Shown: positions 19,394 to 29,355 of the stretch, one piece after another
Layout: every line of letters starts with the position of its first letter
Numbering within the stretch: the stretch's first letter is position 1
Assembly (NCBI GenBank): GCA_964404855.1
Contig: CAYOLO010000002.1
Coordinates: forward strand, 67,494 to 131,493
Direction of reading: 5' to 3'
Origin: an uncultured Gammaproteobacteria bacterium
Lineage (GTDB): Bacteria; Patescibacteriota; Microgenomatia; CAYQLK01
Length of the DNA: 64,000 nucleotides
Translations under genes and position numbers: made by a program
The notes under the pieces: model-generated
The model's database searches: none
Told to the model about the DNA's origin: nothing
What the model saw: only the letters and a program-made list of their open reading frames with translations

Positions 19394-19448
19394 CCTCCAG
19401 AAATGTTAATTTTCTTGAGAGTAATTATACCAAATTTGAGGCTAAAAG

Positions 19449-19733
19449 TCAAGTACTATGGGTTTTATATAGATTAGTAGATGTTAATGTTGCCGCAGTT
19501 CCGCTAGCAGTGATGGTGGGATTAAAACTTAACCCAAAATGTGGTGTAAACCCTCCAAACCTTATCTCTGGAATTTCAAGCTCACTGTTTTCTGCTAAAT
19601 AACACGAAGCAGAGAAAACTTTATTTTTATATTCGATTATCTCTTTTGGTTTTGGGCTGTCACATGTTGAAGCAAAAACTACTTCAATCAAACTAATACC
19701 AATAATCGAATAAATAAGATAATGGCTTTTCAT
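19449..19733 (-). CDS. Small hypothetical secreted protein
   Basis: MKSHYLIYSIIGISLIEVVFAS signal-like N-terminus; 94 aa. Confidence 0.3.
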   Translation of the reverse strand: MKSHYLIYSIIGISLIEVVFASTCDSPKPKEIIEYKNKVFSASCYLAENSELEIPEIRFGGFTPHFGLSFNPTITASGTAATLTSTNLYKTHST

Positions 19734-19753
19734 TGGTAAGAATTTTATAAGCC

Positions 19754-22432
19754 TTAACTACACTTGGACCAGCCGCAAATTGGATTAATACAACTCTTGC
19801 ATCCTTCTTTGAAAGCTAGTGGTGATCCACATTGAGGACAGGAGTTGTTGATATCCAATGTAATAACCTTGCTTTCTAGTGGAGATTTAATCTCTAAAGC
19901 AAGTGGTTCTTCTTTGATAAGTGGCTCTTGAACAGCCTGAGTCTCATTGTGTTGTGCGTGCCCGTTTGAAGAATGACCGTTAGTGTGACCATTCGAAACT
20001 GCCTGCTGTGGCTTGTCATCAGTAATCAAAATATCCTGAGATAAAAGATTAAGTTGTTTGGCAGAAGCAATTTCGGCAAGAGACTTACCGACTGCGTCAA
20101 AAGCAGAATAGATGGCGTTGGGACCAATCCCGTACTGTGTACCACAACTAATTCCGACTAGCTCTGAAGCAACTTCTTCGAGGGTTGCACCGTACTTTAA
20201 AGCAAGTGACGACAACCTGCCGGTGACTTCTGCAGCTCCAGAAACATAAGCTCCTGATTTGCCAATATTAATGAAAACTTCAACCGGCTCGTTTTGGGCG
20301 TTACGGAAAACGGAAGTATAAACATTACCAACGTCGGATGGTTTCCTGACTCGCATACCCCAAGCTTCGATCGGAGTTGGTTTGCGCATTGGTAAAACCG
20401 GAAAGTGAGCATCTGAATGTCCATTACTATCGGATTTTTTCTTGCCCGTCATTTGGTCGTAGTACGAACCTTCTTTTTTGGTTTCTAGAACCTGCTTATC
20501 GCGAGATCCGTCACGGTAAATAGTGATTCCCTTGCATCCTTGTTCATATGCCAACCAGTAAGCATTCCTTACATCATCAACAGTAGCATCGTTGTTAAAG
20601 TTGATTGTTTTACTAATAGCATTATCTGTAAAGCGTTGGAATGCGGCCTGCATTTTAACGTGATCAAGAGGGGCAATATCACCAGCTACAACGAAGGCTT
20701 TTTGCAAGTCCTGTGGAACATCATTAAGGCCCTGAACAGAACCTTTGTTGTTTTGAATTTTTTCTAATAACTCTTCGGAATAAATTTCGGCCTTTTTGGC
20801 TGCTTTAACAAACTCTTCAATGGTGTTAAAAAGCCTCTTGCCTTCAACAGTGTTCTTAGCATAAGTTAGAGCAAAATGTGGCTCAATTCCACTTGAACAG
20901 TCTGCCAACATTGAAATGGTTCCGGTTGGAGCAATGGTTGTTCTGGCACCGTTGCGCATTGGACGAACACCGTCATAGATTGACCCGACATAAGCACCAA
21001 AGTTGCCTCTAATTTTGGCCAAATCTTCTGAAGCATTGTCACTTTCTTCCTGGAAGAATTTCATTATCTCCTCGGCTTTATCAAAACCTTCTTGAGTGTT
21101 GTAACCAATTCCTAGGCCTGCGAGTAAGTCAGCAAACCCCATAACTCCAAGCCCGACACGACGAATCGCGCGTGTGGTTTTGTGAATCTCTGGAAGAGGA
21201 TATTCGTTCATATCCAAAACGTTGTCCAAGAAGTGAATACTTTGGTGAATGGCAGTTTTAAGTCTGTCCCAATCAACATTTTTACCTTTTTTGAACTTGT
21301 TTAGATTGATTGATCCTAATGTACAGGCGTCATATGGATGTAGTGGTTGTTCACCACAAGGATTAGTGGCCTCAATCATGCCGAATTTAGGCACAGGATT
21401 GGCTTTGGAATTATTAATTCTGTCAATCAAGATCATACCTGGGTCACCGTACTGCCAAGCTAAACGAGTAATGAGATCAAAAACTTTTTTGGCATTAAGC
21501 TTGCCGGCAACTTGGTTGGTACGAGGATTAATTAATTCGTAACCTTCGCCATCTTGGGTTGCACGGGTTAGTTCGTAAAGTTTTTTGACACCCTCTTCGA
21601 CTTTGACTAGTTTAAGGTCGACATCGCGAATAGCTTGAGCGGCTCTTATTTCTGAAATTATTTCCTCGAGTTCTTCAACATCGAAGCTTTCAGTGCCTTC
21701 GATAAACCGACTATCCGATCTTACTGTTTCCATAAAATCTTCTGTGACGGTCACAGAAATATTGAAGTTAGTTAGCGAAAATTCGTCAACTTTGTGTACG
21801 GAAAATCTGAGAATGTCTGGGTGAGTTATGTGAAGAATACCCATGTTAGCACCACGGCGTACTCCACCCTGTTTTATTTGGGTTGTTACATCATTGTATG
21901 CCTGCATAAAGGATACCGGACCAACGGTCGTGCCACGTGATGAACCAATGACATCACCGTATGGACGCAGTCTGGAAAAAGAAAATCCAGTTCCGCCACC
22001 ACTCTTGTGAATCATTGCCATGTCAGACATTGTCTTAAGAATTGCTGGCATACTGTCCTCGACTGGAAGAACAAAACAAGCTGAAAGCTGTTGATTGGGT
22101 TTGCCTGCATTAACCATGGTCGGAGTATTGGGAATATACTCTTGATTTGCCATCATTAAGTAAAAAGTACGTGCAGTGTTTAGGGTTTTTTCTGAAGAAT
22201 TGTTGTTATAACTTCGGTCAGCGGTGGCAATATTGTAAGCCACTCTCCAAAACATTTCTTTGGGGGTTTCGACTGGAGTACCGGCTTCGTCGCGCATTGC
22301 ATATCTGGTCTTTGCAATATATGCAGCATTTTCTGACAAAGTAGGTTCGGGAAGATCCAATGGCGGAGCAGGTATTTCTTTACCGAGTTTTTGAAGTTCA
22401 TTTGCCTTCAATTTTGATTTTGGCAGCGCCAT
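19754..22432 (-). CDS. nrdJ: Ribonucleotide reductase, class II (adenosylcobalamin-dependent), with C-terminal zinc ribbon
   Basis: NPCGEQPLHPYDACTLGSINL active-site loop; C-terminal CPQCGSPLAFKEGCKSCINPICGWSKCS; 892 aa. Confidence 0.9.
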   Translation of the reverse strand: MALPKSKLKANELQKLGKEIPAPPLDLPEPTLSENAAYIAKTRYAMRDEAGTPVETPKEMFWRVAYNIATADRSYNNNSSEKTLNTARTFYLMMANQEYIPNTPTMVNAGKPNQQLSACFVLPVEDSMPAILKTMSDMAMIHKSGGGTGFSFSRLRPYGDVIGSSRGTTVGPVSFMQAYNDVTTQIKQGGVRRGANMGILHITHPDILRFSVHKVDEFSLTNFNISVTVTEDFMETVRSDSRFIEGTESFDVEELEEIISEIRAAQAIRDVDLKLVKVEEGVKKLYELTRATQDGEGYELINPRTNQVAGKLNAKKVFDLITRLAWQYGDPGMILIDRINNSKANPVPKFGMIEATNPCGEQPLHPYDACTLGSINLNKFKKGKNVDWDRLKTAIHQSIHFLDNVLDMNEYPLPEIHKTTRAIRRVGLGVMGFADLLAGLGIGYNTQEGFDKAEEIMKFFQEESDNASEDLAKIRGNFGAYVGSIYDGVRPMRNGARTTIAPTGTISMLADCSSGIEPHFALTYAKNTVEGKRLFNTIEEFVKAAKKAEIYSEELLEKIQNNKGSVQGLNDVPQDLQKAFVVAGDIAPLDHVKMQAAFQRFTDNAISKTINFNNDATVDDVRNAYWLAYEQGCKGITIYRDGSRDKQVLETKKEGSYYDQMTGKKKSDSNGHSDAHFPVLPMRKPTPIEAWGMRVRKPSDVGNVYTSVFRNAQNEPVEVFINIGKSGAYVSGAAEVTGRLSSLALKYGATLEEVASELVGISCGTQYGIGPNAIYSAFDAVGKSLAEIASAKQLNLLSQDILITDDKPQQAVSNGHTNGHSSNGHAQHNETQAVQEPLIKEEPLALEIKSPLESKVITLDINNSCPQCGSPLAFKEGCKSCINPICGWSKCS

Positions 22433-22515
22433 TTTTATTTCCTTTCTTTATTTTTATAGACTTTTACCTGCATCGAAAATATACAAATCCGAGGCAGGAA
22501 AAACAAAATCAGCTT

Positions 22516-23001
22516 TTAGTTTTTGGTTGTTGAGGCTTTGCGAGCCCGAAGATTGCTGGTTAAAGAAGCAAGTTCTTTTTCAAAATCATTTAGATCAGTA
22601 AACTGTCTGTAGACTGATGCAAAGCGAATATAGGCAACCTCATCAACTTTTTTAAGATGTTTCATTACTAAGTCTCCAAGCTTTTTGGAGTGAATCTCAT
22701 TACCTGTTAATCTTCTTAGGTCTGTTTCGATTTTGTCTAATGTTGATTCGATAACTTCGGCAGGAACGGGTCTTTTTTCACAGCTTTTGACGATTCCAGA
22801 GCGAAGCTTGTTGCGGTCAAAATGTTCACGACGGCCGTCTTTTTTGACTACCAACAAATCAATGGTTTCGACACGTTCAAAAGTTGTGAATCTCTTTGCA
22901 CACTTGAGACACTGTCTGCGTCTGCGGGTAATCCGCTTATCATCAGACTCTCTTTTGTCGACAACCTTGTTGGAACTGGAATAACAGTAGGGACATTTCA
23001 T
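22516..23001 (-). CDS. nrdR: Transcriptional repressor NrdR
   Basis: MKCPYCYSSSNKVVDKRE...RRRRQCLKCAKRFTTFE zinc ribbon followed by ATP-cone. Confidence 0.9.
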   Translation of the reverse strand: MKCPYCYSSSNKVVDKRESDDKRITRRRRQCLKCAKRFTTFERVETIDLLVVKKDGRREHFDRNKLRSGIVKSCEKRPVPAEVIESTLDKIETDLRRLTGNEIHSKKLGDLVMKHLKKVDEVAYIRFASVYRQFTDLNDFEKELASLTSNLRARKASTTKN

Positions 23002-23083
23002 GATGTAACAAGCGTGAAAACAAGGTGATTAAAAAAGCTTATTTTGTTTTTTAAATTGCTTTAAACACCTCGAGTAACTTTTA

Positions 23084-23141
23084 ACAAGATATACAATATC
23101 TTGTGTATAAATCCAGTTTAAGTACAAGATATATCGAGTGT
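23084..23141 (-). promoter_or_regulatory. Two tandem NrdR-box-like palindromes upstream of nrdR-nrdJ
   Basis: ATACAATATCTTGTGT (23091-23106; 14/16 to acaCwAtATaTwGtgt) inside a longer palindrome ACAAGATATACAATATCTTGT; second weaker box ACAAGATATATCGAGTGT 23124-23141, centers ~33 bp apart. Confidence 0.5.
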
Positions 23142-23372
23142 CAAGGGTTAAAAAGTCCTTTAGCTTTGAATTAAATATACACGAAAATAACCCGAAAATA
23201 AAGTCTCGTGAAAACATTAATCCTATAAACAAAATAAATGAAAACTATAGTCTAATTAGTTGGATATAAAACCTCTAAAACAATCTTGGCGTTACTGCTA
23301 ACTTATAATTTTTGTTTATTTTTTTATGATGATTTTATCTAAATTAATTGGTTTTAGGTTAAAATAATAGAA

Positions 23373-23837
23373 ATGAGCATTAAAATACTTTTAGCTAATA
23401 ACTATATAGAAGCAATTAAAAATTCCGTGGGAACAAAGATTTTTAAAAATCTTTGGGCTGAGGTTGATGGAGAGACAAAGGATATTTTAATTGACGGAAA
23501 TTTAAGTTGTGCGCAGTTTGTGTCAGGAGTTTTGTATTTGTTTAAGTTAATTACAGATAGACACGCAACAGTGGATGGAACAATTAAAGATCTTGAAAAG
23601 TCCAACTGGACAGAAATAACTTCGCCAAAAAACGGCTGTATTCTAGTTTGGGAAAATATAATATACCCAGACGGAGAGGCGCATAAGCATATTGGATTCT
23701 ATATTGGAGACGAGCTTGCAATAAGTAATAGTCCAGAGGCAAAATCACCACAAATACATCATTGGACATACGGTAAAGAGACAGAAAAAACTTACCGAAA
23801 AATAACTGCGATGTATTGGAACAAACTACTTGACTAG
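23373..23837 (+). CDS. Hypothetical protein with a Cys...His dyad reminiscent of papain-fold (CHAP/NlpC-P60-like) hydrolases
   Basis: GNLSCAQFVSG ... HKHIGFYIGD spacing; no confident family match possible by eye. Confidence 0.35.
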   Translation: MSIKILLANNYIEAIKNSVGTKIFKNLWAEVDGETKDILIDGNLSCAQFVSGVLYLFKLITDRHATVDGTIKDLEKSNWTEITSPKNGCILVWENIIYPDGEAHKHIGFYIGDELAISNSPEAKSPQIHHWTYGKETEKTYRKITAMYWNKLLD

Positions 23838-24187
23838 GAGACGAATCCTAATTGAGCCTTAGCTAAATCCGTAACCCTACTAAAATCCCAAGGTGGATCA
23901 AAAACAATTCTAACATCACTACTTTTAACACCATCAAGATCAGCCAGCCTATCTCTTATGTCTTTGCGAAAAAATCCCCCCAAGGGGCACCCAGGGGTGG
24001 TTAAGGTCATGACAATATCGACGTGGTTTTCTGGAGAAATATTAATTTCATAAAGTAATCCCAGATCAACCATATTAACGCCAAGCTCAGGGTCAATTAC
24101 TTCGGTTAAGACTTTTTCGACATCAACTTTGGAAACGGATTTCATATAAAAATTACCTACTCTTCTCGAGCAGAAGATATAAAGCAA
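23834..24187 (-). CDS. DUF59/MIP18-family Fe-S cluster assembly protein (SufT-like); true start probably MKSVSK near 24145
   Basis: VMTLTTPGCPLGG signature of DUF59. Confidence 0.65.
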   Translation of the reverse strand: MLYIFCSRRVGNFYMKSVSKVDVEKVLTEVIDPELGVNMVDLGLLYEINISPENHVDIVMTLTTPGCPLGGFFRKDIRDRLADLDGVKSSDVRIVFDPPWDFSRVTDLAKAQLGFVS

Positions 24188-24365
24188 GAATTACCGATAT
24201 TACTCCTAAAACCATCTGTAAATTCAATGATCCAATAGCAATACTTTGTGCAACTGGGGTAAATAAACCTGGGAACGCATTCATCACTCCACCAACAAGA
24301 AGTAAAAAGGCGCAATAAATGTCTGTTTTTTGAAATCTTCTTTTTTTATTCTCAATAATTTTCAT
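24153..24365 (-). CDS. Small hypothetical membrane protein
   Basis: 70 aa, two hydrophobic segments. Confidence 0.3.
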   Translation of the reverse strand: MKIIENKKRRFQKTDIYCAFLLLVGGVMNAFPGLFTPVAQSIAIGSLNLQMVLGVISVILALYLLLEKSR

Positions 24366-24401
24366 TATACGTAAGTTATTGTTACGGTATTATACTGTAT
24401 T

Positions 24402-25478
24402 TTATTTGTCGCGACTTATTATAAAATCACAAAATTCAGATAAAATATTTTTGTGTTCTTGGTCAATATTTGCTTCCAATATATAATTCTTTGATTCGTC
24501 TGAAAGTCTTAAAATTTTTGCTTCGATTTTTGCTTTTGCGCCAGAAGAGGTAAGAATATCTTGAACGATTTTTAGCTCGTTTTCATCTGCACTTTGTTTA
24601 CCAAGAATTGAGTTTAACTTGGATATTTGATCAGGATTAGCCAATTCCATTGCGTATCTAATTAGTAATGTATTTTTTCCCTCTCTGATATCAGACAGAT
24701 TAGATTTGCCGATTGTCGTACTTTCGGAAAAAATTCCAAAAATATCATCCCTTAATTGAAATGCAATTCCAATTGGGGTAGCGAATTTGGCAAAAAAACC
24801 TAAAAGTTCTTCAGAAGCATTACCCAATATCCCTCCAAACTTTAGCGGAAATTCAACCGTATACTCCCCTGACTTCCACCGCAGAGTCGACATAATCATT
24901 TCTTCGCTGGGTCTAGTGGGGTCAAATGACTGATAAACATCTTGATATTGACCAAGTATTAAATTGATAAACATATCGACAAAAGCGGTATTTAAATTCT
25001 GTTTTGTTTGATGATCAGTTTCTATATCAGAAATAATTTTGGTCACGTACGCAATCAACAAGTCTCCAGTAAGGATTGCCATTGAAGTTCCAAAATGTTC
25101 AGAACTGCCTTTTAAACGATTTGACTTATGAACCTCGTTAAATAAAACATGAGAAGTCTTTTGATTCCTGCGAGTTGATGATTGGTCAATAATATCGTCG
25201 TGTACAAGAGCAAAAGTGTGAAAAATTTCCGCAACTAGAGCTGCATCTAGAACAGGTTTAGAATCGAATGATTCGTTTTTAGCTATTTGATAACCTAGAC
25301 TTACTAAATAAGGTCTTAATCTTTTGCCTCCACCTTGAACAGCGAGAGTTGATATGTCAATAAGTTTTTGAGTGCTAGCATCCTTATTCTCCAAATCTTT
25401 GGGCAAGGAATCAAGATATTTTTTAAGATGTGATTCAAAAATACCTAAGAAGTTTTGGTAGTTTTCGATAAATGTCAT
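24402..25478 (-). CDS. Polyprenyl diphosphate synthase (trans-isoprenyl diphosphate synthase family)
   Basis: FARM ALVHDDIIDQS and SARM FQLRDDIFGIF aspartate-rich motifs. Confidence 0.85.
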   Translation of the reverse strand: MTFIENYQNFLGIFESHLKKYLDSLPKDLENKDASTQKLIDISTLAVQGGGKRLRPYLVSLGYQIAKNESFDSKPVLDAALVAEIFHTFALVHDDIIDQSSTRRNQKTSHVLFNEVHKSNRLKGSSEHFGTSMAILTGDLLIAYVTKIISDIETDHQTKQNLNTAFVDMFINLILGQYQDVYQSFDPTRPSEEMIMSTLRWKSGEYTVEFPLKFGGILGNASEELLGFFAKFATPIGIAFQLRDDIFGIFSESTTIGKSNLSDIREGKNTLLIRYAMELANPDQISKLNSILGKQSADENELKIVQDILTSSGAKAKIEAKILRLSDESKNYILEANIDQEHKNILSEFCDFIISRDK

Positions 25479-25501
25479 AAGATTAGTATAGATAAAATAA
25501 T

Positions 25502-25729
25502 ATGATTAAAGGGTTTTGGGCATTATTCTACGAGAAAGCATGGTTCTATATCAAACAGTACGACCAGCTCTATTCCTTTATTCTGTATCTTTTGGTTATG
25601 GGAATATTGACCCCAGCTGTATTGTCTTTTACAAATTATAATTTGGTTTTCTTACTGTTTTTTTGGCTGATTTCGATTGTTGTCTGGTTCTTGCTTACAC
25701 TGATGGGGGTTAAAATTTTCCGAAGGTAA
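25502..25729 (+). CDS. Small hypothetical membrane protein
   Basis: 75 aa, two TM segments. Confidence 0.3.
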   Translation: MIKGFWALFYEKAWFYIKQYDQLYSFILYLLVMGILTPAVLSFTNYNLVFLLFFWLISIVVWFLLTLMGVKIFRR

Positions 25730-25737
25730 AAATAAAT

Positions 25738-26325
25738 TTAACGAAACTTTGCTGATTTTAGAAAATCTCTAAATTCTGTTTCGTTAGTTTCAAAGTTTTG
25801 ATATATGAATATCTCAAAAGTATAAAATAAACCATCTTGTTCTAAATTATTTACTATCACACTGCGAATTTTTCCTTGGTCCTCCCAAATTTGAATGTCC
25901 CCTTCAAGGTTGGAAACAGTGATTTTTTCTTTCGAAACTAACTCACCATCGACGCCGTGACCTGTAAAGGTTTTTGACGTAGTTACCACAACTTCAGCAT
26001 CTTCATCTTTTTTGAATGTCAAAAATAAGTTCGGAGTGACGATATTTTCGCTCTCAAACCAACTAGAGGGGATGGAGAACGAAAGACCATAATCATTGTA
26101 GTTTTTTGTCTGCAATAGAGGAGTTTGATTTTGAGATTTGAAAGGGGAGACTGTTGGAGCTTTGTTTGAGTTTTGGTTGTTATCTGGTTTGGAAATTTCT
26201 GCTTCAGTTGTAACTCGACCTTTAAGAGTGCTAGTGATTAACACAATTGATATTACAACCAATACAACGCCAGCAAACAACATTCCATGATGTTTGCTTT
26301 TTATGTGTTTATGCAGGGTAGTCAA
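25738..26325 (-). CDS. Hypothetical membrane-anchored protein
   Basis: N-terminal TM (LFAGVVLVVISIVLITS) then soluble domain. Confidence 0.4.
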   Translation of the reverse strand: MTTLHKHIKSKHHGMLFAGVVLVVISIVLITSTLKGRVTTEAEISKPDNNQNSNKAPTVSPFKSQNQTPLLQTKNYNDYGLSFSIPSSWFESENIVTPNLFLTFKKDEDAEVVVTTSKTFTGHGVDGELVSKEKITVSNLEGDIQIWEDQGKIRSVIVNNLEQDGLFYTFEIFIYQNFETNETEFRDFLKSAKFR

Positions 26326-26339
26326 ATCTAGTTTGAAGT

Positions 26340-26855
26340 TTAAGCTGCTTTATCAGTTGTTGATTCAGGAGTTTCTGGAATTGCTTCTGGGGTTACTGAA
26401 TCAGTCTCGCCTATTTCTACTGAAGCTTGTTCAGATTCGGGTGTAGGTACTGGTGTAGTTTCTGCAGCTGGCTCTATTTCACTAACATTTAATTCAACTG
26501 GTGCTTCTTCGGATGCTAGAGTCTCAGTAGTATTTTCAACAACTGGAAGTTCGTCTGCAGCTGCAAAAGTTTGTACGGATGTTGGCTGTTCGGGAGCTGC
26601 TTGATCTGGTCTGGGTTTGGCAAACGCAACAATTATCTTACGGCCTTCTTGTTCAGTGTCGTTTAAGGCGTCAATAGCTGTTTGTGCTTCAGGATTGGTA
26701 GAATATTCCACAAAACCAAATCCTTTTGATCTGTTTGTCAGTTTGTTGATTACAACTTCAGCTGAGACTATTCCTCCGAAGGGGCTAAATATCGCCTTTA
26801 AGGTGTCACTAGTCATTGAGAAAGGTAGATTACCTACAAAAAGTCTTTTATCCAT
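26340..26855 (-). CDS. RRM-type RNA-binding protein with acidic/Pro-rich C-terminal tail
   Basis: RNP2 LFVGNLPF and RNP1 KGFGFVEY motifs. Confidence 0.8.
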   Translation of the reverse strand: MDKRLFVGNLPFSMTSDTLKAIFSPFGGIVSAEVVINKLTNRSKGFGFVEYSTNPEAQTAIDALNDTEQEGRKIIVAFAKPRPDQAAPEQPTSVQTFAAADELPVVENTTETLASEEAPVELNVSEIEPAAETTPVPTPESEQASVEIGETDSVTPEAIPETPESTTDKAA

Positions 26856-26998
26856 AATTATTTTTTTATCAGTTGGTTATAAATATTAATACTGACTAAA
26901 TTAAATATAGAAAAAAAATATTCTGACTGTCAAATCGCTTAGGGAAGTATTCAAAAACTAATATGTATGGATACAATCCAAAAATCGATCAACTGTAA

Positions 26999-27622
26999 TT
27001 ATTCTTGGTCAAATTGTGGAATACTATCCAGATCAACATTCGGTAGTGAACCACCAGTACCACTGGGGTTCGTGAAAGAATTCATCATTTGTGAAAAGTC
27101 TTGAAATTCGACCTCGGTTGGTGGAGTAAAATCAGAGTCACTTAAAATTGCATTCTGACAATCTATTTTTTCTTTAGCGTCAAGTTTTTCTGGATTAAGA
27201 AATTCATCAAAATCACTGTTAGCGTTCGTGGTGTCATTGGTATCTGTCGTTTTGGAAGCTGGATAAAAGAAACCTTTTTTCTCACCTGGAGTCCACATAT
27301 ACATTCCTTTTTCATTGACTATTACCGAAGACTGCTGACCATTAACCTCTTGACCGTCAACTCTAAAGCTTTTGTTTTTTACGAGATATTCCCCTGTTGA
27401 GTTATCGGTCTTATTAGTATATTTACACCTGAAACTGTCACCAGAAATTAATGCCGCAGCAAGCCCCCCAGCTTTTGATGCTAAGGAATTAGTGTCAGAA
27501 GAATTTGTTGAGCCAGCTGGTTTTTTGCAGCTAACAAGAAATATAGCGAGAATAAAAACCGTAGATAGTAATAGTCTTTTTTTGTCTGTAATAGCAACCA
27601 TTAATCTTTTGTAACAATACAA
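26999..27622 (-). CDS. Hypothetical lipoprotein
   Basis: Signal peptide with lipobox-like LVSC; polar T/N/D-rich body. Confidence 0.45.
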   Translation of the reverse strand: MYCYKRLMVAITDKKRLLLSTVFILAIFLVSCKKPAGSTNSSDTNSLASKAGGLAAALISGDSFRCKYTNKTDNSTGEYLVKNKSFRVDGQEVNGQQSSVIVNEKGMYMWTPGEKKGFFYPASKTTDTNDTTNANSDFDEFLNPEKLDAKEKIDCQNAILSDSDFTPPTEVEFQDFSQMMNSFTNPSGTGGSLPNVDLDSIPQFDQE

Positions 27623-27646
27623 TAGTAAAACTATTGAAAGAAAAAA

Positions 27647-28228
27647 TCAATAGAAATTGTAAATGTCGACTATTTTTTTTACTTGATTTAGTATGTTATT
27701 TCCGTCGAATTCGCGCCCAATAATAATTAAACCGTGAACGTTTTTGTATTTGTCAGTTTGTCTAAAATGGTCTGCATAATAGTCTGAGGATTTGATTTGA
27801 AATCCAAAAAAATTCTTGCCATCTTTGGACAGTAAAATATCCACACCTTGATGATCCAGCTCGCGAGAAAAAATTGTAAGATATTTTTTGGATAAATATT
27901 TCCATACTTTATCTTCGTTATAAAATCCTTTTACACTTTTTGAAAATTCCTGATATTTTTTGGTGCCAAATAACCTATCCCAAAAATTGATTAAGTTTTT
28001 GTTTGCGACTTCTTGCTTGGAACTCTCAGAGTGAGTTGAAAAATCACTGATTAAATAAGGACCAGAGATTGTATTGTTTATTAAATTAACTTTAGTAATT
28101 TTGTCGTTAAGGCGTGTGTAAATAAAATCTGGTTTGAAAATTTTTTTTTCGGTATTAAAAAATAATTTAAAAATATTCATTTTGTTCGATAAATTATTTT
28201 GATTATATAAATATTCCAAATTGCCCAA
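27647..28228 (-). CDS. Hypothetical protein (start likely MNIFKLFF near 28180)
   Basis: 52-nt overlap with PAP2 gene if the longest ORF is used; no recognizable domain. Confidence 0.35.
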   Translation of the reverse strand: MGNLEYLYNQNNLSNKMNIFKLFFNTEKKIFKPDFIYTRLNDKITKVNLINNTISGPYLISDFSTHSESSKQEVANKNLINFWDRLFGTKKYQEFSKSVKGFYNEDKVWKYLSKKYLTIFSRELDHQGVDILLSKDGKNFFGFQIKSSDYYADHFRQTDKYKNVHGLIIIGREFDGNNILNQVKKIVDIYNFY

Positions 28229-28872
28229 AAACCGCCAATAGCCATTGCAGCTACAACGTCAGAAAAATAGTGTAAACCAAGTGCCACTCTAGACATGGCA
28301 ACCGATATAGTCACAAGAAAAAAGAAAAAAGAATAGACAATCTTGAGTGTTGGATTTTTCTCAAAACTTACAACTAGATATCCTAATACACAATAAAAAA
28401 CAGTCGCACTCATAGTATGGCCTGATGGAAAAGAATAATCTTGCCAAAGTAGATGATAATCCGTTATCTCTGGCCTATCTCGAACGAATACCAACTTTAA
28501 TGCACTATTGATAAGTACTGTTGATATCGTACTAAAAGCCAAAATAAAAGCTCCTCTGCGAAAATGGTTTTTGACTAAGAAAAGTACCGCCACAATAAGT
28601 AGAGGAATAATAAATATTGTTGAACCTAAAAATGAAGCTATTTCAGAAATAAAGTCTGTGGTGGGAGAAGCAACATATCTAAGTAATTGGTAGATTCCTT
28701 CATCGAAATAAACAAGTCTAGGCTCAGTTAGATTGCCGGCAATTTTGCGAAAAATAAAAATAAGCCCAACTGCAATTATCAGACCAATCGATGAATAGAA
28801 ATAATGAAAAACATCACTTTTTTCTAACCTTTTTGAGATTGAATTTTGTGACGTATTTTTAGCTTTTCGCAT
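28177..28872 (-). CDS. PAP2-family phosphatase (phosphatidic acid / undecaprenyl-PP phosphatase-like)
   Basis: KLVFVRDRP, PSGHTMSAT and SRVALGLHYFSDVVA, the three PAP2 motifs. Confidence 0.8.
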   Translation of the reverse strand: MRKAKNTSQNSISKRLEKSDVFHYFYSSIGLIIAVGLIFIFRKIAGNLTEPRLVYFDEGIYQLLRYVASPTTDFISEIASFLGSTIFIIPLLIVAVLFLVKNHFRRGAFILAFSTISTVLINSALKLVFVRDRPEITDYHLLWQDYSFPSGHTMSATVFYCVLGYLVVSFEKNPTLKIVYSFFFFLVTISVAMSRVALGLHYFSDVVAAMAIGGFWAIWNIYIIKIIYRTK

Positions 28873-28883
28873 TTATTTTATGT

Positions 28884-29273
28884 CTATGGGAAAATTTTAG
28901 GTATAAAGATTAATAGGCCTGCACTCGTTGCAATAATTGCTGAGATAAGAACGAAACCAGCAGAAATATCTTTTATGATTTTTACTTCGTCTGAGTAAGC
29001 GGGGTAAATAAAATCCATTAAATCCTCTAACAAAGTATTTATCATTTCACAAACAAGAACTAGCCCAATCGAAAAAGAAACAATCGCCCACTCGATATAA
29101 TTGAGGTTATAAAAAAATCCAAGAATAATTACCGAAGCCGAAATAAGTAGATGGAGACGAAAATTACGTTCCTGCAAAAAAGCGTATCTAATTCCTGAAA
29201 AAGCGTAACGAAAACTATTGTAGTGTTTCTTGGGATGATGACTGGCAATAATCTTTCTGGAAGTTGAGGTCAT
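28884..29273 (-). CDS. dgkA: Diacylglycerol/undecaprenol kinase DgkA family
   Basis: 129 aa, three TM helices, EMINTLLEDLMD motif. Confidence 0.75.
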   Translation of the reverse strand: MTSTSRKIIASHHPKKHYNSFRYAFSGIRYAFLQERNFRLHLLISASVIILGFFYNLNYIEWAIVSFSIGLVLVCEMINTLLEDLMDFIYPAYSDEVKIIKDISAGFVLISAIIATSAGLLIFIPKIFP

Positions 29274-29355
29274 AAAACTATTCTAGTACAAATGGATATA
29301 ATCTTATTTTGTTTTTAGGTATAATCTAAATAATTATAAGTTTTAATTAATATTT

